NCBI GenBank assembly: GCA_964342485.1
Contig: CAYFFO010000009.1
Coordinates: 516-58,703 of the forward strand
From: an uncultured Dehalococcoidia bacterium
Lineage (GTDB): Bacteria; Chloroflexota; Dehalococcoidia; Lucifugimonadales; CAJWER01
DNA: 58,188 bases
Direction: 5' to 3'
Positions 47,237-56,412 of the stretch are shown piece by piece (the first letter of the stretch is position 1; each line of letters begins with the position of its first letter). Position numbers and translations under genes: made by a program. The notes beneath the pieces were generated by a model. It had not been told where the DNA came from, did not search any database, and saw only the letters and a program-made list of their open reading frames with translations.

Positions 47237-47716
47237 ATGGACAACTTATTTTCTATGGCTGAATCTGTCGGATTGAAATTAACAGACTTAGGGCACACCA
47301 TCGGGGTTACCGAATCCTCTGCAGGTGGGTTTATATCTGCTGCATTATTGTCCGTACCTGGTGCGTCAAAATATTTTGTTGGTGGTTCTGTCATTTATAC
47401 AAGGTTGTCCCAAAACCAGTTCCTCCGAATCGGTGATGATGTAATGACTGGTATAAGGGCTAGTACTAAAGAGTACGCCCTGTTGAATGCCCGAAAAGTG
47501 AGAAAATTGCTTGGAACAACTTGGGGTCTAAGTGAGACAGGAGCCAGTGGGCCAAGTGGCAATCGATATGGTGATCAAGCAGGACATTCTTGGATAGCTG
47601 TTACTGGACCAACGGAAATTTCTATAAACATTGCGACCAATAATTCTGACAGGAAAGAAAATATGCGTGTTTTTGCTGAATCAGCAATCGAACTATTGGA
47701 ACAGTCTTTGTCATGA
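47237..47716 (+). CDS. CinA C-terminal / PncC-like protein
   Basis: TESSAGG.I, PGAS.YF.GG..Y, SETGASGP.G. Confidence 0.85.
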   Translation: MDNLFSMAESVGLKLTDLGHTIGVTESSAGGFISAALLSVPGASKYFVGGSVIYTRLSQNQFLRIGDDVMTGIRASTKEYALLNARKVRKLLGTTWGLSETGASGPSGNRYGDQAGHSWIAVTGPTEISINIATNNSDRKENMRVFAESAIELLEQSLS

Positions 47717-47843
47717 AATCTTTGAAGAATATTGGAATTAACATTAGTTGGAAATATTCCATATATAATGCTAAATGCAAATCAAATCTGACATGAATAA
47801 TATACTTATGTACAAAATCGATACTGAAAGGTAGTTTAGAGTT

Positions 47844-48527
47844 GTGAAAATTGAAAATTTTATTACCCCGCCTGCAACAATGCCAAATGGATTACAGGCA
47901 ACCGTGGACGGGTTGTGGGTGTGTGATCAAGCTACGGATGATCTATATCTGCTTGATGAAAATTTGAATATTTTAAAAACTTTGAATACAACAGCAGAAA
48001 ATTCTTCTGGATTAACCGTTGGAGATGGATCACTGTGGATCGCTTCAAATGGTCAATCGAAGTCTCGGTACCGAAGAGTCACAGATACCAACTTTTCTGG
48101 AGTTATCCGATGTGATTATGAAACGGGTGTTGAGATCTCCCGATTCCCTACTCCTGACGGTGGTGGAATTCATGGGTTGGAATGGGTAGATGGTTTGTTA
48201 TGGATTACAGCTTTCAATCCAAAAGCTATTGTCCTCGTAAACCCAAAAAATGGATCGGTCATCAAAAAAGTTGAAGTTCCATGGGAAAGATTACATGGTT
48301 TGGCATGGGTTGGAGATGGAATGTGGTGTGCACATACATCAGATAAAGTTATAGTCAAATATGACATCGATACTGGAGAGGCAATTGATAAAATAATTTA
48401 TAACAACACTGATCCTGCACCGCACGGGTTGACATTCTGGAATGGCAATCTTTGGAGTTGCGATGCGAATTGGCCAGAACCTATACATCCTCAAGGCCCT
48501 AGTATCAGTATGATACTTCAATGTTAG
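47844..48527 (+). CDS. Beta-propeller repeat protein (glutamine cyclotransferase-like)
   Basis: Repeated [H/N/S]GL.W.dg.LW blades. GTG start. Confidence 0.7.
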   Translation: MKIENFITPPATMPNGLQATVDGLWVCDQATDDLYLLDENLNILKTLNTTAENSSGLTVGDGSLWIASNGQSKSRYRRVTDTNFSGVIRCDYETGVEISRFPTPDGGGIHGLEWVDGLLWITAFNPKAIVLVNPKNGSVIKKVEVPWERLHGLAWVGDGMWCAHTSDKVIVKYDIDTGEAIDKIIYNNTDPAPHGLTFWNGNLWSCDANWPEPIHPQGPSISMILQC

Positions 48528-48557
48528 TAATGGTTTATTGAAATACAGGACAAATCA

Positions 48558-50249
48558 GTGGATTTAGCTAATTTATCTTCAACTCTTGATGAATTTGTTG
48601 AAAAGAGTAATGGTCTCTGGCAAAAATCAGCTTTTGGTGTGACCAGAGCAGAGCGGCAGATCTTTGTAATTTTGGACCATCAAGCATATTCTCAAAACAA
48701 ATTAAAACATAAAATCCTCTTAGTTAGTGGTTTAACGGGTTCAAGCGGAGATGTAGGATTGACATTTGATGCTTTGGACAGATTTCGATCGCTAGATCCC
48801 GAATTAATAGATGACATTTCTTTGTCAGCAATACCTTGTGTAAATCCAGGTGGTCTGACACTAAACAGTAGTCCGTCAAATGGTTCTGGAGGTTTTGCAA
48901 ATACAGGTTATCCACCAAAATCTGGTTTTTTCGATGATAAATATAGTCCTGAATCGCGATATTTGTGGAGATTCACCTGCTATCTAGCGCCAGATATAGT
49001 AATAGAATTGGTTGAAGGCAGTAAAGTAGAATGGAAGGGTAATATTATTGGCCTAGAACTTTTACCCTCATTGGTCAAAAATCGAGTCAAAGAACAAGAT
49101 TCTTTCGTTGCCAGTCTGGGAGAAATTACACCAGAAAGCCCTGGTACTATTCCTGCATTGCGTCTGACCACTTCGAAAGAGATGTTGAATAGTGCTCTTT
49201 CCGATCTGTTCTCCATTATTCGTAAAAACGATCCTATACCTTCATCGGCTTCGAAAAATCTTGATAAAAGAAGCTCAAGATCTATTCTGCAGGTAGGAAA
49301 AGACCTTTCTAAGACAAATGGTAGAACATTGAACCCCTTAATTTATACTCAAGGAGTTGCCGTCAGTGGTCGTTTACGTCTCGCAGAAATTGACAGTTCT
49401 ATTCTCAGAGAAATAGAAGATATAAAGAGTTTGGTCACCCCGGTTCTTGAAAGTCCTATTGAGATGCTAGGTTCTTGTCCGGAAGCCCCGGAACTTGCAG
49501 CTGTTGTTTGGACTGAAGAGATGAAATCTCTTTATGGAGACTCTGAATATGACGAACTGGCAGTGATAGCAGCCAATTATATTAATCAAAAAGGTAAATG
49601 TATTCCACCAGGTCCACTTAACCCGAATTACATAGTCGAAGACTTCTTTTTTGCAAGTGCTGTTCTCGGAAGGGCTTATCAGGCCACTCAAGATATCAAG
49701 TATATAGATATATTGGTTCAATTTTTGCTTGATTCAAATATACAAGAACCTTCTGGTTTGTTTCCACATAGTAGGTATGGAAAACTCCATTGGGGTAGAG
49801 GTAATGGTTTTGCAGCTATGGGTTTGGCAGAAACTTTGACTTATATTCCAGATATTCATCCTAAAAGAGGTTTAATCAAGGAAATGGCTACCAGGCAACT
49901 AGAAAGTCTAAAATATTTTCAAAAGCCATCTGGGATGTATTCACAAGTTATCGATTTTGAAGGCTCCTATGAAGAATTAACTGCGACGTGTATGATTGGA
50001 TATTCTGCAGCTAGAGGTATTAATAGGCGATGGTTAGACAGGTCATTTGATAGTTTGGTTGAAAGGGCCTGGTATGCAGTATCGAGACGAATAGATTTTA
50101 ACGGAAATGTAGTGGATGGATGTACAGGTACAGGTGTAATGGATAACCTGAGAAGTTATTTGGATAGACCTGCAAATTCTGGACATGACGATCGGACGGG
50201 AAGTTTAGCACTGTGGTTTACTTCAGAGATGGCTTATTTCAGTAAGTGA
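48558..50249 (+). CDS. Fusion of a degenerate M14 carboxypeptidase-like domain and a GH105/GH88 unsaturated glycuronyl hydrolase domain
   Basis: N-terminal IPCVNPGG, YPP, PESRYL, PDIVIEL. C-terminal EDFF, SGLFPH, WGRGNGFA, Q..SG.Y.Q, E.TATCMIGY, C.GTG. Confidence 0.75.
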   Translation: MDLANLSSTLDEFVEKSNGLWQKSAFGVTRAERQIFVILDHQAYSQNKLKHKILLVSGLTGSSGDVGLTFDALDRFRSLDPELIDDISLSAIPCVNPGGLTLNSSPSNGSGGFANTGYPPKSGFFDDKYSPESRYLWRFTCYLAPDIVIELVEGSKVEWKGNIIGLELLPSLVKNRVKEQDSFVASLGEITPESPGTIPALRLTTSKEMLNSALSDLFSIIRKNDPIPSSASKNLDKRSSRSILQVGKDLSKTNGRTLNPLIYTQGVAVSGRLRLAEIDSSILREIEDIKSLVTPVLESPIEMLGSCPEAPELAAVVWTEEMKSLYGDSEYDELAVIAANYINQKGKCIPPGPLNPNYIVEDFFFASAVLGRAYQATQDIKYIDILVQFLLDSNIQEPSGLFPHSRYGKLHWGRGNGFAAMGLAETLTYIPDIHPKRGLIKEMATRQLESLKYFQKPSGMYSQVIDFEGSYEELTATCMIGYSAARGINRRWLDRSFDSLVERAWYAVSRRIDFNGNVVDGCTGTGVMDNLRSYLDRPANSGHDDRTGSLALWFTSEMAYFSK

Positions 50250-50253
50250 ACTG

Positions 50254-51510
50254 TCATATTGTTTTTCTATCTATCCGGACACCATCTTTAAATACATCAA
50301 CAACTTCTTTTAGAAAGGAAATATTGGTTGTTAAATCCCCATTTACTACCAATAAATCAGCAATTTTTCCAGCTTCAATTGTCCCTACTTTATCATCAAC
50401 CATGCATGACCTTGCTGCATCTTTTGTAGAAGCAACTATAGCTTGCATAGGACTCATGCCAGCATCCACATGCGCATCAATCTCGAAAAAAAATTGACCC
50501 ATCTTATATGGGCCCCATGCCGAATCGGAACCACATACAATACTCGTTCCCTGAGATCGCATTTTTGAACAAATCTCTTGGTCTTGTTCCCTTGAAATCT
50601 TTAGATCATTCATCAATAGAGTTTCTTCAGTGGAGAGTCCATATTTTTCCTGTTTGTCGACTAATGTTTTGAATCTGTAATTAGCTCCACCCATATTGTA
50701 ATTAACGAAAACACCTTGATTTACAATTCGTTCTGTGATGTCGGGCCTGTAGTGTTTCTTACCATCTGGTTCTATATGACGTCCGTGGATGATGGTGTCG
50801 ATTCCAGCATCAAGACAATTTATCATTGCTTGTGAATTTACACAGTGGGCAGCAGTATGTTTACCAAATTTATGCGCTTCCTCAGTTATAGAACTCAATT
50901 CATCAGTGGTAAAAGAAGGTCTTTCTTGGATAGATGTTCTGGTACTACCTCCACTGGCAGTAATTTTAATAAAGTCAGCGCCTTCTTTGACTAATTGACG
51001 GGTTATTGCTCTACATTCGTCTTTTCCAGTGGCTTCAATACCAAAGTAACTCAAATGCCCACCAATTATTGCGGCCGGTCTCCCTGTTAATACTAATCTA
51101 GGCCCTGTCGTCATACCCATTTCCATGGATCTTCTTAGTTCGAAGGTAGTCCTGTTTTTAGCTCCGCAATCTCTAACGGTCGTAACCCCTGTATGGAGAT
51201 GTGCTGTTGCATTTTTAGCTGCCTGTAGTGTCAATATTTCATCCGGCAGCTTGGTTAATTCGTCTCCTGCTCTGCCATCTCCTAATCCAATAAGATGTAC
51301 ATGACTATCGATCAACCCTGGTAAAACTGTGTAACTACTATAATCGAGGGTCCTATATTTGAGTCCTTGAGGTATTTCTACAGTTGTAGGTGGACCAGAG
51401 TAACGAATTAATTCATTTTCAAGTAGAACTACGCCGTTTTCTATTGGCGTACCACCGTTACCGTCGATAAGTTTACCGGCTTTGATAAGAGTAAAGTTTG
51501 ACAGAGACAT
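50254..51510 (-). CDS. Metal-dependent amidohydrolase (prolidase-like TIM-barrel)
   Basis: PGLIDSHVH, GVTTVRDCG, DFIK, AAH, IIHG, GSD, G.IEAGK.ADL. Confidence 0.9.
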   Translation of the reverse strand: MSLSNFTLIKAGKLIDGNGGTPIENGVVLLENELIRYSGPPTTVEIPQGLKYRTLDYSSYTVLPGLIDSHVHLIGLGDGRAGDELTKLPDEILTLQAAKNATAHLHTGVTTVRDCGAKNRTTFELRRSMEMGMTTGPRLVLTGRPAAIIGGHLSYFGIEATGKDECRAITRQLVKEGADFIKITASGGSTRTSIQERPSFTTDELSSITEEAHKFGKHTAAHCVNSQAMINCLDAGIDTIIHGRHIEPDGKKHYRPDITERIVNQGVFVNYNMGGANYRFKTLVDKQEKYGLSTEETLLMNDLKISREQDQEICSKMRSQGTSIVCGSDSAWGPYKMGQFFFEIDAHVDAGMSPMQAIVASTKDAARSCMVDDKVGTIEAGKIADLLVVNGDLTTNISFLKEVVDVFKDGVRIDRKTI

Positions 51511-51555
51511 CAATTAATTGTTTATACCTCTTTCGCATGTAAAAAAAATTAATTT

Positions 51556-51909
51556 CTATATAGCTGAATCTCCCCGTTCTCCTGTACGGACTCTTATGAC
51601 GTCCTCCACTTGTGAAATTATGATTTTACCGTCACCAATTTGGCCGCCTTCTGGACTTCTAGCTGCACCAAGGATAGTTTCAATGATGGTTTCTTTCATT
51701 TCATCTGGTACTACTGTAACGAGTAGCGTTTTCGAAAGTGCGGACCTATTTACGGTCTGTCCACCTCTACCTGTGAATATTTCAACACCTTGCTGCTGAC
51801 CTTGCCCAGTTACATTCTGATAATGAAACCCTGCACAACCTACTTCTACAAGAGAGTTTGTAACTTCATTAATTCTTTCCGGCCGAATTATCGCTTCAAT
51901 CTTAATCAT
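51556..51909 (-). CDS. glnK: P-II nitrogen regulatory protein (GlnK-type, amtB-linked)
   Basis: KIEAIIRP, IGDGKI, IRVRTGERG. Immediately downstream of amtB. Confidence 0.92.
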   Translation of the reverse strand: MIKIEAIIRPERINEVTNSLVEVGCAGFHYQNVTGQGQQQGVEIFTGRGGQTVNRSALSKTLLVTVVPDEMKETIIETILGAARSPEGGQIGDGKIIISQVEDVIRVRTGERGDSAI

Positions 51910-51965
51910 CAATTCACCTCGGTTGTGTAATAATATTTGAGATGTTTTGCCAAGTAGATATGTTT

Positions 51966-53207
51966 TTAATCAGCACCATCTCGAACAAATGCCCTTTCTC
52001 CATGTTGGGTAATGTCTAAACCGGTGTCTTCACTAGCCCTTTCTACCCTTAGGCCTAAACCTGGGATAATATCTAAAATCTTAAGTATTATCCATGTGGC
52101 AACGAATGAATATACCATTGTTACTCCGACAGCAACGAATTGAGTTAATAGTTGTCCAACATTACCTTCAATCAATCCAGATTTTTCACCTATAGCTGTA
52201 GCTGCAAATATGCCTGTAGCTATCGCTCCCCAAATCCCTCCTACTCCGTGGACTGCAAAGACCTCTAGGGCATCGTCAATTCCTGTTTTCTCACGGTAGG
52301 CTACAGCTAAGTAACAGAGTACACCTGCCCCTATTCCTATTCCTATAGCGCCCATCACTCCTACAAATCCTGAAGCAGGAGTAATAGCAACCAGACCAGC
52401 TACAGCACCCGATGCAACTCCTACCGCGCTCATCCGGCCTGATTTAAATTGAGAAATTAATCCCCAGGTTAATGCGGCTGCTGAAGCAGCTATATTTGTA
52501 ACTAGAAATGCATTTACATCTAAAGTGTCAGCTGCTAAACCTGAACCAGCATTAAAACCGAACCATCCAAACCATAAAAGAGCGGCACCAAGGATCACAT
52601 AAGGGACATTGTGAGGTTCGATACCAGGATCGTTTCTTTTACCAACCAATATGGCTGCGGCAACAGCTGCTACGCCGGCGTTTATGTGGACAACTGTTCC
52701 ACCAGCGAAATCAAGTGTGCCACTAGCGTCACCTATCTTAAAGGAACCCAACCATCCTCCGCCCCAAACCCAATGGGCAACCGGAACGTAGACTATTGTG
52801 ACCCAGATAACCAAGAAGACCAGATAAGTTGTGAATTTAAATCTTTCAACAACAGCCCCTGTTATAAGGGCCGGTGTTATTATTGCGAACATCATCTGGA
52901 AGATCACAAAAAGCAAAGTCGGTATTCCTGACTCACCGTCTCCACCATATTCATCCGATGGATCTATTCCAGATAACCCAAGATAGCTAAGATCTCCAAT
53001 AATGCTATTACCTTCACCAAATGCAAGGCTGTACCCCCAGAGTACCCAAACAAGACTAACTACAGCCATTGCTATAAAGCTATACATTAAAGTACTTACA
53101 GTGTTTTTGGCTCTCACTAATCCTCCATAAAAAAATGCAAGACCAGGAGTCATTAAGAGAACTAGAGCAGAAGCTGTTAACATCCATGCAATGTGACCAG
53201 TATCCAA
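51966..53207 (-). CDS. amtB: Ammonium transporter
   Basis: LMTPGLAFFYGG, FQMMFA, DFAGGTVVH, LWFGWFGFNAGS, DD....FAVHG. Both pore His residues present. TTG start. Confidence 0.96.
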   Translation of the reverse strand: MDTGHIAWMLTASALVLLMTPGLAFFYGGLVRAKNTVSTLMYSFIAMAVVSLVWVLWGYSLAFGEGNSIIGDLSYLGLSGIDPSDEYGGDGESGIPTLLFVIFQMMFAIITPALITGAVVERFKFTTYLVFLVIWVTIVYVPVAHWVWGGGWLGSFKIGDASGTLDFAGGTVVHINAGVAAVAAAILVGKRNDPGIEPHNVPYVILGAALLWFGWFGFNAGSGLAADTLDVNAFLVTNIAASAAALTWGLISQFKSGRMSAVGVASGAVAGLVAITPASGFVGVMGAIGIGIGAGVLCYLAVAYREKTGIDDALEVFAVHGVGGIWGAIATGIFAATAIGEKSGLIEGNVGQLLTQFVAVGVTMVYSFVATWIILKILDIIPGLGLRVERASEDTGLDITQHGERAFVRDGAD

Positions 53208-53266
53208 TTTAGTTGTTTTCCTTTCTAAAAAGATATCGACGACTTAAGATGAAGCTAACTTCAATT

Positions 53267-53294
53267 TGTTACAAAAATGTTGCCTAACTGTTAA
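53267..53294 (-). promoter_or_regulatory. Three 11-bp-phased direct repeats upstream of amtB-glnK (GlnR/OmpR-type box-like)
   Basis: Minus strand TTAACA-gttag-GCAACA-ttttt-GTAACA. Confidence 0.5.
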
Positions 53295-53425
53295 CTTCCT
53301 ATTTCAGAAACCCTCTATTGCTATTTAAGGTACACTTATCACAAGAGTTATCTATGACCAACTTCCAGTATTAAAAGTAATAAAATGAAACTTACCTTAA
53401 AACATCAACAATCAAAAATTAAAAT

Positions 53426-54769
53426 GTGTGGGAATTGAATCAAAGGCTCGAATCCCCCGATATTGATAACGAACCATTAGGAAAAAACAAATTTGTTAAC
53501 ACTTTTGCTTCACTAAGAATCCTGGATTTCCGTTTATTATGGATAGCAACTTTATGTATGATGGGCAGCTGGCAAATGCAGGGTATTGCCCAAGGTTACT
53601 TGGCATATGATTTAACTAATTCGGCAAAAATACTAGCTCTTGTTAATGCAGGCTGGGCTTTACCTATGCTAAGCCTAACATTAGTTGGTGGTGTGGTTGC
53701 AGACAGGTTTCAGCGGAAATTTATCATACAGATTAGTCAGGCTGCTTACGCGTTGATTTGTCTTCTTGTTGCGATTGCCATCGTTACAGACATAATCACC
53801 TGGTACTATTTACTTCTTGGATCAGCTTTACAGGGTTTGTTTTTTGCATTCACAGGTCCAGCAAGGCAAGCGATTATTCCACAGCTAGTTGATAAACATT
53901 TGGTTGTTAACGCAATTGCCCTTAATTCAGCAGCAATGAGCTCCATGTCTCTTATTGCCCCGGGTATATCGGGATTATTATATGCCGTACTTGGTCCAGA
54001 GGGCGTTTATTTTACCGTAACGGGTTTACAGGTTACTGCAATAGTACTTGTATCAATAATAAAAAAACCTCCTAGTCCACTCATAAATGAACAAAATGTC
54101 GATGTTACTACAAAAGACAATAGAATTGTTTCGACAAATGGCCCATCATCTTTCACCAATCATATGCTTAAAGTAATAATTAAAGATGCTAGCTTGGGTA
54201 TCCGTTATTTAAAAACTAACAATATAGTTCTGCTACTACTTTCGGTTATGGTTGTCACAGTAATTTTTTCTACACCATTTCAATTTCTTCTACCAGTCTT
54301 CGTCGTAGATATATATAATCTCGAATCCGAAGCTTTTGGCCTGTTAGTCAGTGCTTCAGGACTTGGCTCCTTGATTGGCTCTATAGGTGTGGCATATATT
54401 GGCAGATGGCAAAGAGGGCGACTTGTATTGGTCGGAGGATTTATTTCCGGAATATCGCTTCTGTTAATAGCTATAATCCCTTATTATCTACCTGCTATTG
54501 TGATAATGATTTTCCTCGGTTTGGGTAACGTAGCGCCCATGGCATTAATAACCGGTCTTATAATGGAAAACACTGAAAATGCGTATAGAGGACGGATGAT
54601 GAGTATGGTTATGTTCACATGGGGACTTATACCAATCGGTGTGATTCCTCTAGGAATATCGATTGACCTCATTGGAGGTAGGATTACGGTAATTTTAATG
54701 TCGTTTATGATGTTGACTTTATTTTCATTAATTTACTTAACACAAAAACGATTGCCTTCACTTCAATGA
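53426..54769 (+). CDS. MFS transporter (H+ antiporter-like / DHA3-type)
   Basis: About 12 TM segments, GGVVADRF.RK motif A, PARQAIIP.LV, YRGRMMS. Confidence 0.92.
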   Translation: MWELNQRLESPDIDNEPLGKNKFVNTFASLRILDFRLLWIATLCMMGSWQMQGIAQGYLAYDLTNSAKILALVNAGWALPMLSLTLVGGVVADRFQRKFIIQISQAAYALICLLVAIAIVTDIITWYYLLLGSALQGLFFAFTGPARQAIIPQLVDKHLVVNAIALNSAAMSSMSLIAPGISGLLYAVLGPEGVYFTVTGLQVTAIVLVSIIKKPPSPLINEQNVDVTTKDNRIVSTNGPSSFTNHMLKVIIKDASLGIRYLKTNNIVLLLLSVMVVTVIFSTPFQFLLPVFVVDIYNLESEAFGLLVSASGLGSLIGSIGVAYIGRWQRGRLVLVGGFISGISLLLIAIIPYYLPAIVIMIFLGLGNVAPMALITGLIMENTENAYRGRMMSMVMFTWGLIPIGVIPLGISIDLIGGRITVILMSFMMLTLFSLIYLTQKRLPSLQ

Positions 54770-54821
54770 TGATACTTGTAATACCAATTTAAAAATTGCA
54801 AACTTAGAGGTCTATTTGGAA

Positions 54822-55841
54822 ATGAATAAAAAAATATACAAAGTAGCAGCAGCCCACGTATCTCCGGTTTTCCTGCAATTGAAACCTACTGTAGATAAAG
54901 TTTGTTCTCTAATTGACGAAGCAGCTGATAACGGGGCAGGATTAATCGTGTTCCCGGAAACATTTATTCCCGCATTTCCTATTTGGACAGCTCTACAAGC
55001 ACCTATATATAACCATGATATGTTTTTAGCTCTTGTAGAAAATTCAATCAAAATACCTGGTCCTGAGATTGATAAAATTGCAGCTAAAGCAAAATCGAAA
55101 CAGGTATTCGTTTCCATAGGGCTGAACGAAAGTACTTCTCAAAGCACAGGATGCTTATGGAATACCAATATAATCATAGGAGATAACGGTGAATTATTAT
55201 CTCACCACAGGAAAATAGTGCCGACATTTTATGAAAAACTTATTTGGGCAGCTGGAGATGGGGCAGGTTTATCAGTAGTTGAGACTAAATTGGGTCGATT
55301 GGCGGCTTTAATTTGCGGTGAGAATACTAATCCTTTGGCTCGATATTCATTGATTGCACAGGGTGAACAGGTACATATATCTACATACCCACCCGTCTGG
55401 CCTACACATGATCCTGAAACCGGTCAAAACTACGATATAAAACGGGCTATAGAAATAAGAGCAGGTGGCCATTCCTTTGAAGGCAAGGTATTTAATATCG
55501 TAGCATCAGGATATATGGATCCTACAACTAGGAATTACCTTGCCAGTAGGGACAAAGAGGCCGGAAGAATATTGGATGGCAGCCCTAGAGGTATTTCTAT
55601 GGTAGTCGGACCGGATGGTTCCATAATAGGAGATACTTTACAGGACGAAGAGGGACTTCTTTACGCTAATATTGATTTATCTAAATCTATAGTTCCTAAA
55701 CAATATCACGATATTTCAGGTGGATATAACAGGTTCGATATTTTCAATCTTCAGATTGACATGACTAGAAGAACCCCATTAGATATAAAAAAAGATCCTC
55801 GCAATCTAAATCGGCTGTCTGATTTTGACCAAATTGAGTAG
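54822..55841 (+). CDS. Nitrilase (nitrilase / cyanide hydratase branch)
   Basis: FPETFIP.FP.W, HRK.VPTFYEKL.W..GDG, ICGENTNPLARY, DISGGYNRFDIF. Confidence 0.9.
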   Translation: MNKKIYKVAAAHVSPVFLQLKPTVDKVCSLIDEAADNGAGLIVFPETFIPAFPIWTALQAPIYNHDMFLALVENSIKIPGPEIDKIAAKAKSKQVFVSIGLNESTSQSTGCLWNTNIIIGDNGELLSHHRKIVPTFYEKLIWAAGDGAGLSVVETKLGRLAALICGENTNPLARYSLIAQGEQVHISTYPPVWPTHDPETGQNYDIKRAIEIRAGGHSFEGKVFNIVASGYMDPTTRNYLASRDKEAGRILDGSPRGISMVVGPDGSIIGDTLQDEEGLLYANIDLSKSIVPKQYHDISGGYNRFDIFNLQIDMTRRTPLDIKKDPRNLNRLSDFDQIE

Positions 55842-56075
55842 GTTGGGAGCAAATCGGTGAACAAAATAATGTTTATCGTTTCAAGTTGAAGACCAATTAA
55901 TCAAAAATGTTTAGTTTTTAGAGTCTCAATCCAAAGAGTATAAAAAGTTTATCTACTTCCACCTAGATTTAATTATGGTTTGTGCGATTCAATATCGATA
56001 TGATTAGTTAACCTAGACGAAAGTTATCGTAAAACAAGATTCTTTACATTAACTGAACTCTTATCAACGTATAAA

Positions 56076-56095
56076 ATCACGATGATCATCGTGAT
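56076..56095. promoter_or_regulatory. Perfect 20-bp palindrome, putative operator
   Basis: ATCACGATGATCATCGTGAT, overlapping or adjacent to a TATAAAAT -10-like element, 28 nt upstream of the SEC-C mini-gene. Confidence 0.55.
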
Positions 56096-56123
56096 ACTAA
56101 TAAAATAGGACAGTGTCTATCTA

Positions 56124-56315
56124 ATGGTTATAGGCAAAGAACGAACCAACTGGCATGATGAACACCCGTCTTCTTGTACGTGTGCTCAATGTGAAAAAAT
56201 ACGAGGTGGTAAACGTCGATTTGATGAGATTAGTGGAGGTCGTAAAGTTGGTAGAAATGAACCCTGTCCTTGTGGAAGTGGTAAAAAATTTAAGAAATGT
56301 CATGACAGACTTTGA
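56124..56315 (+). CDS. Small SEC-C motif metal-binding protein
   Basis: 63 aa with N-terminal H..H...CxCxxC and C-terminal [27 protein letters not shown]. Confidence 0.8.
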   Translation: MVIGKERTNWHDEHPSSCTCAQCEKIRGGKRRFDEISGGRKVGRNEPCPCGSGKKFKKCHDRL

Positions 56316-56412
56316 TCCATTCTTTTAGACAGGGCCTGTAACAGAAAAATTATTTTGGAATAAGTTAATCCAAGAGATAGAATTTAGGATTCTCCTTAGA
56401 GGTAGATTAAAT

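Noticed and set aside
56124-56315. secA pseudogene fragment
   Set aside because: It has its own RBS and start, a distinct Cys/His N-terminus, and no SecA-like sequence upstream.
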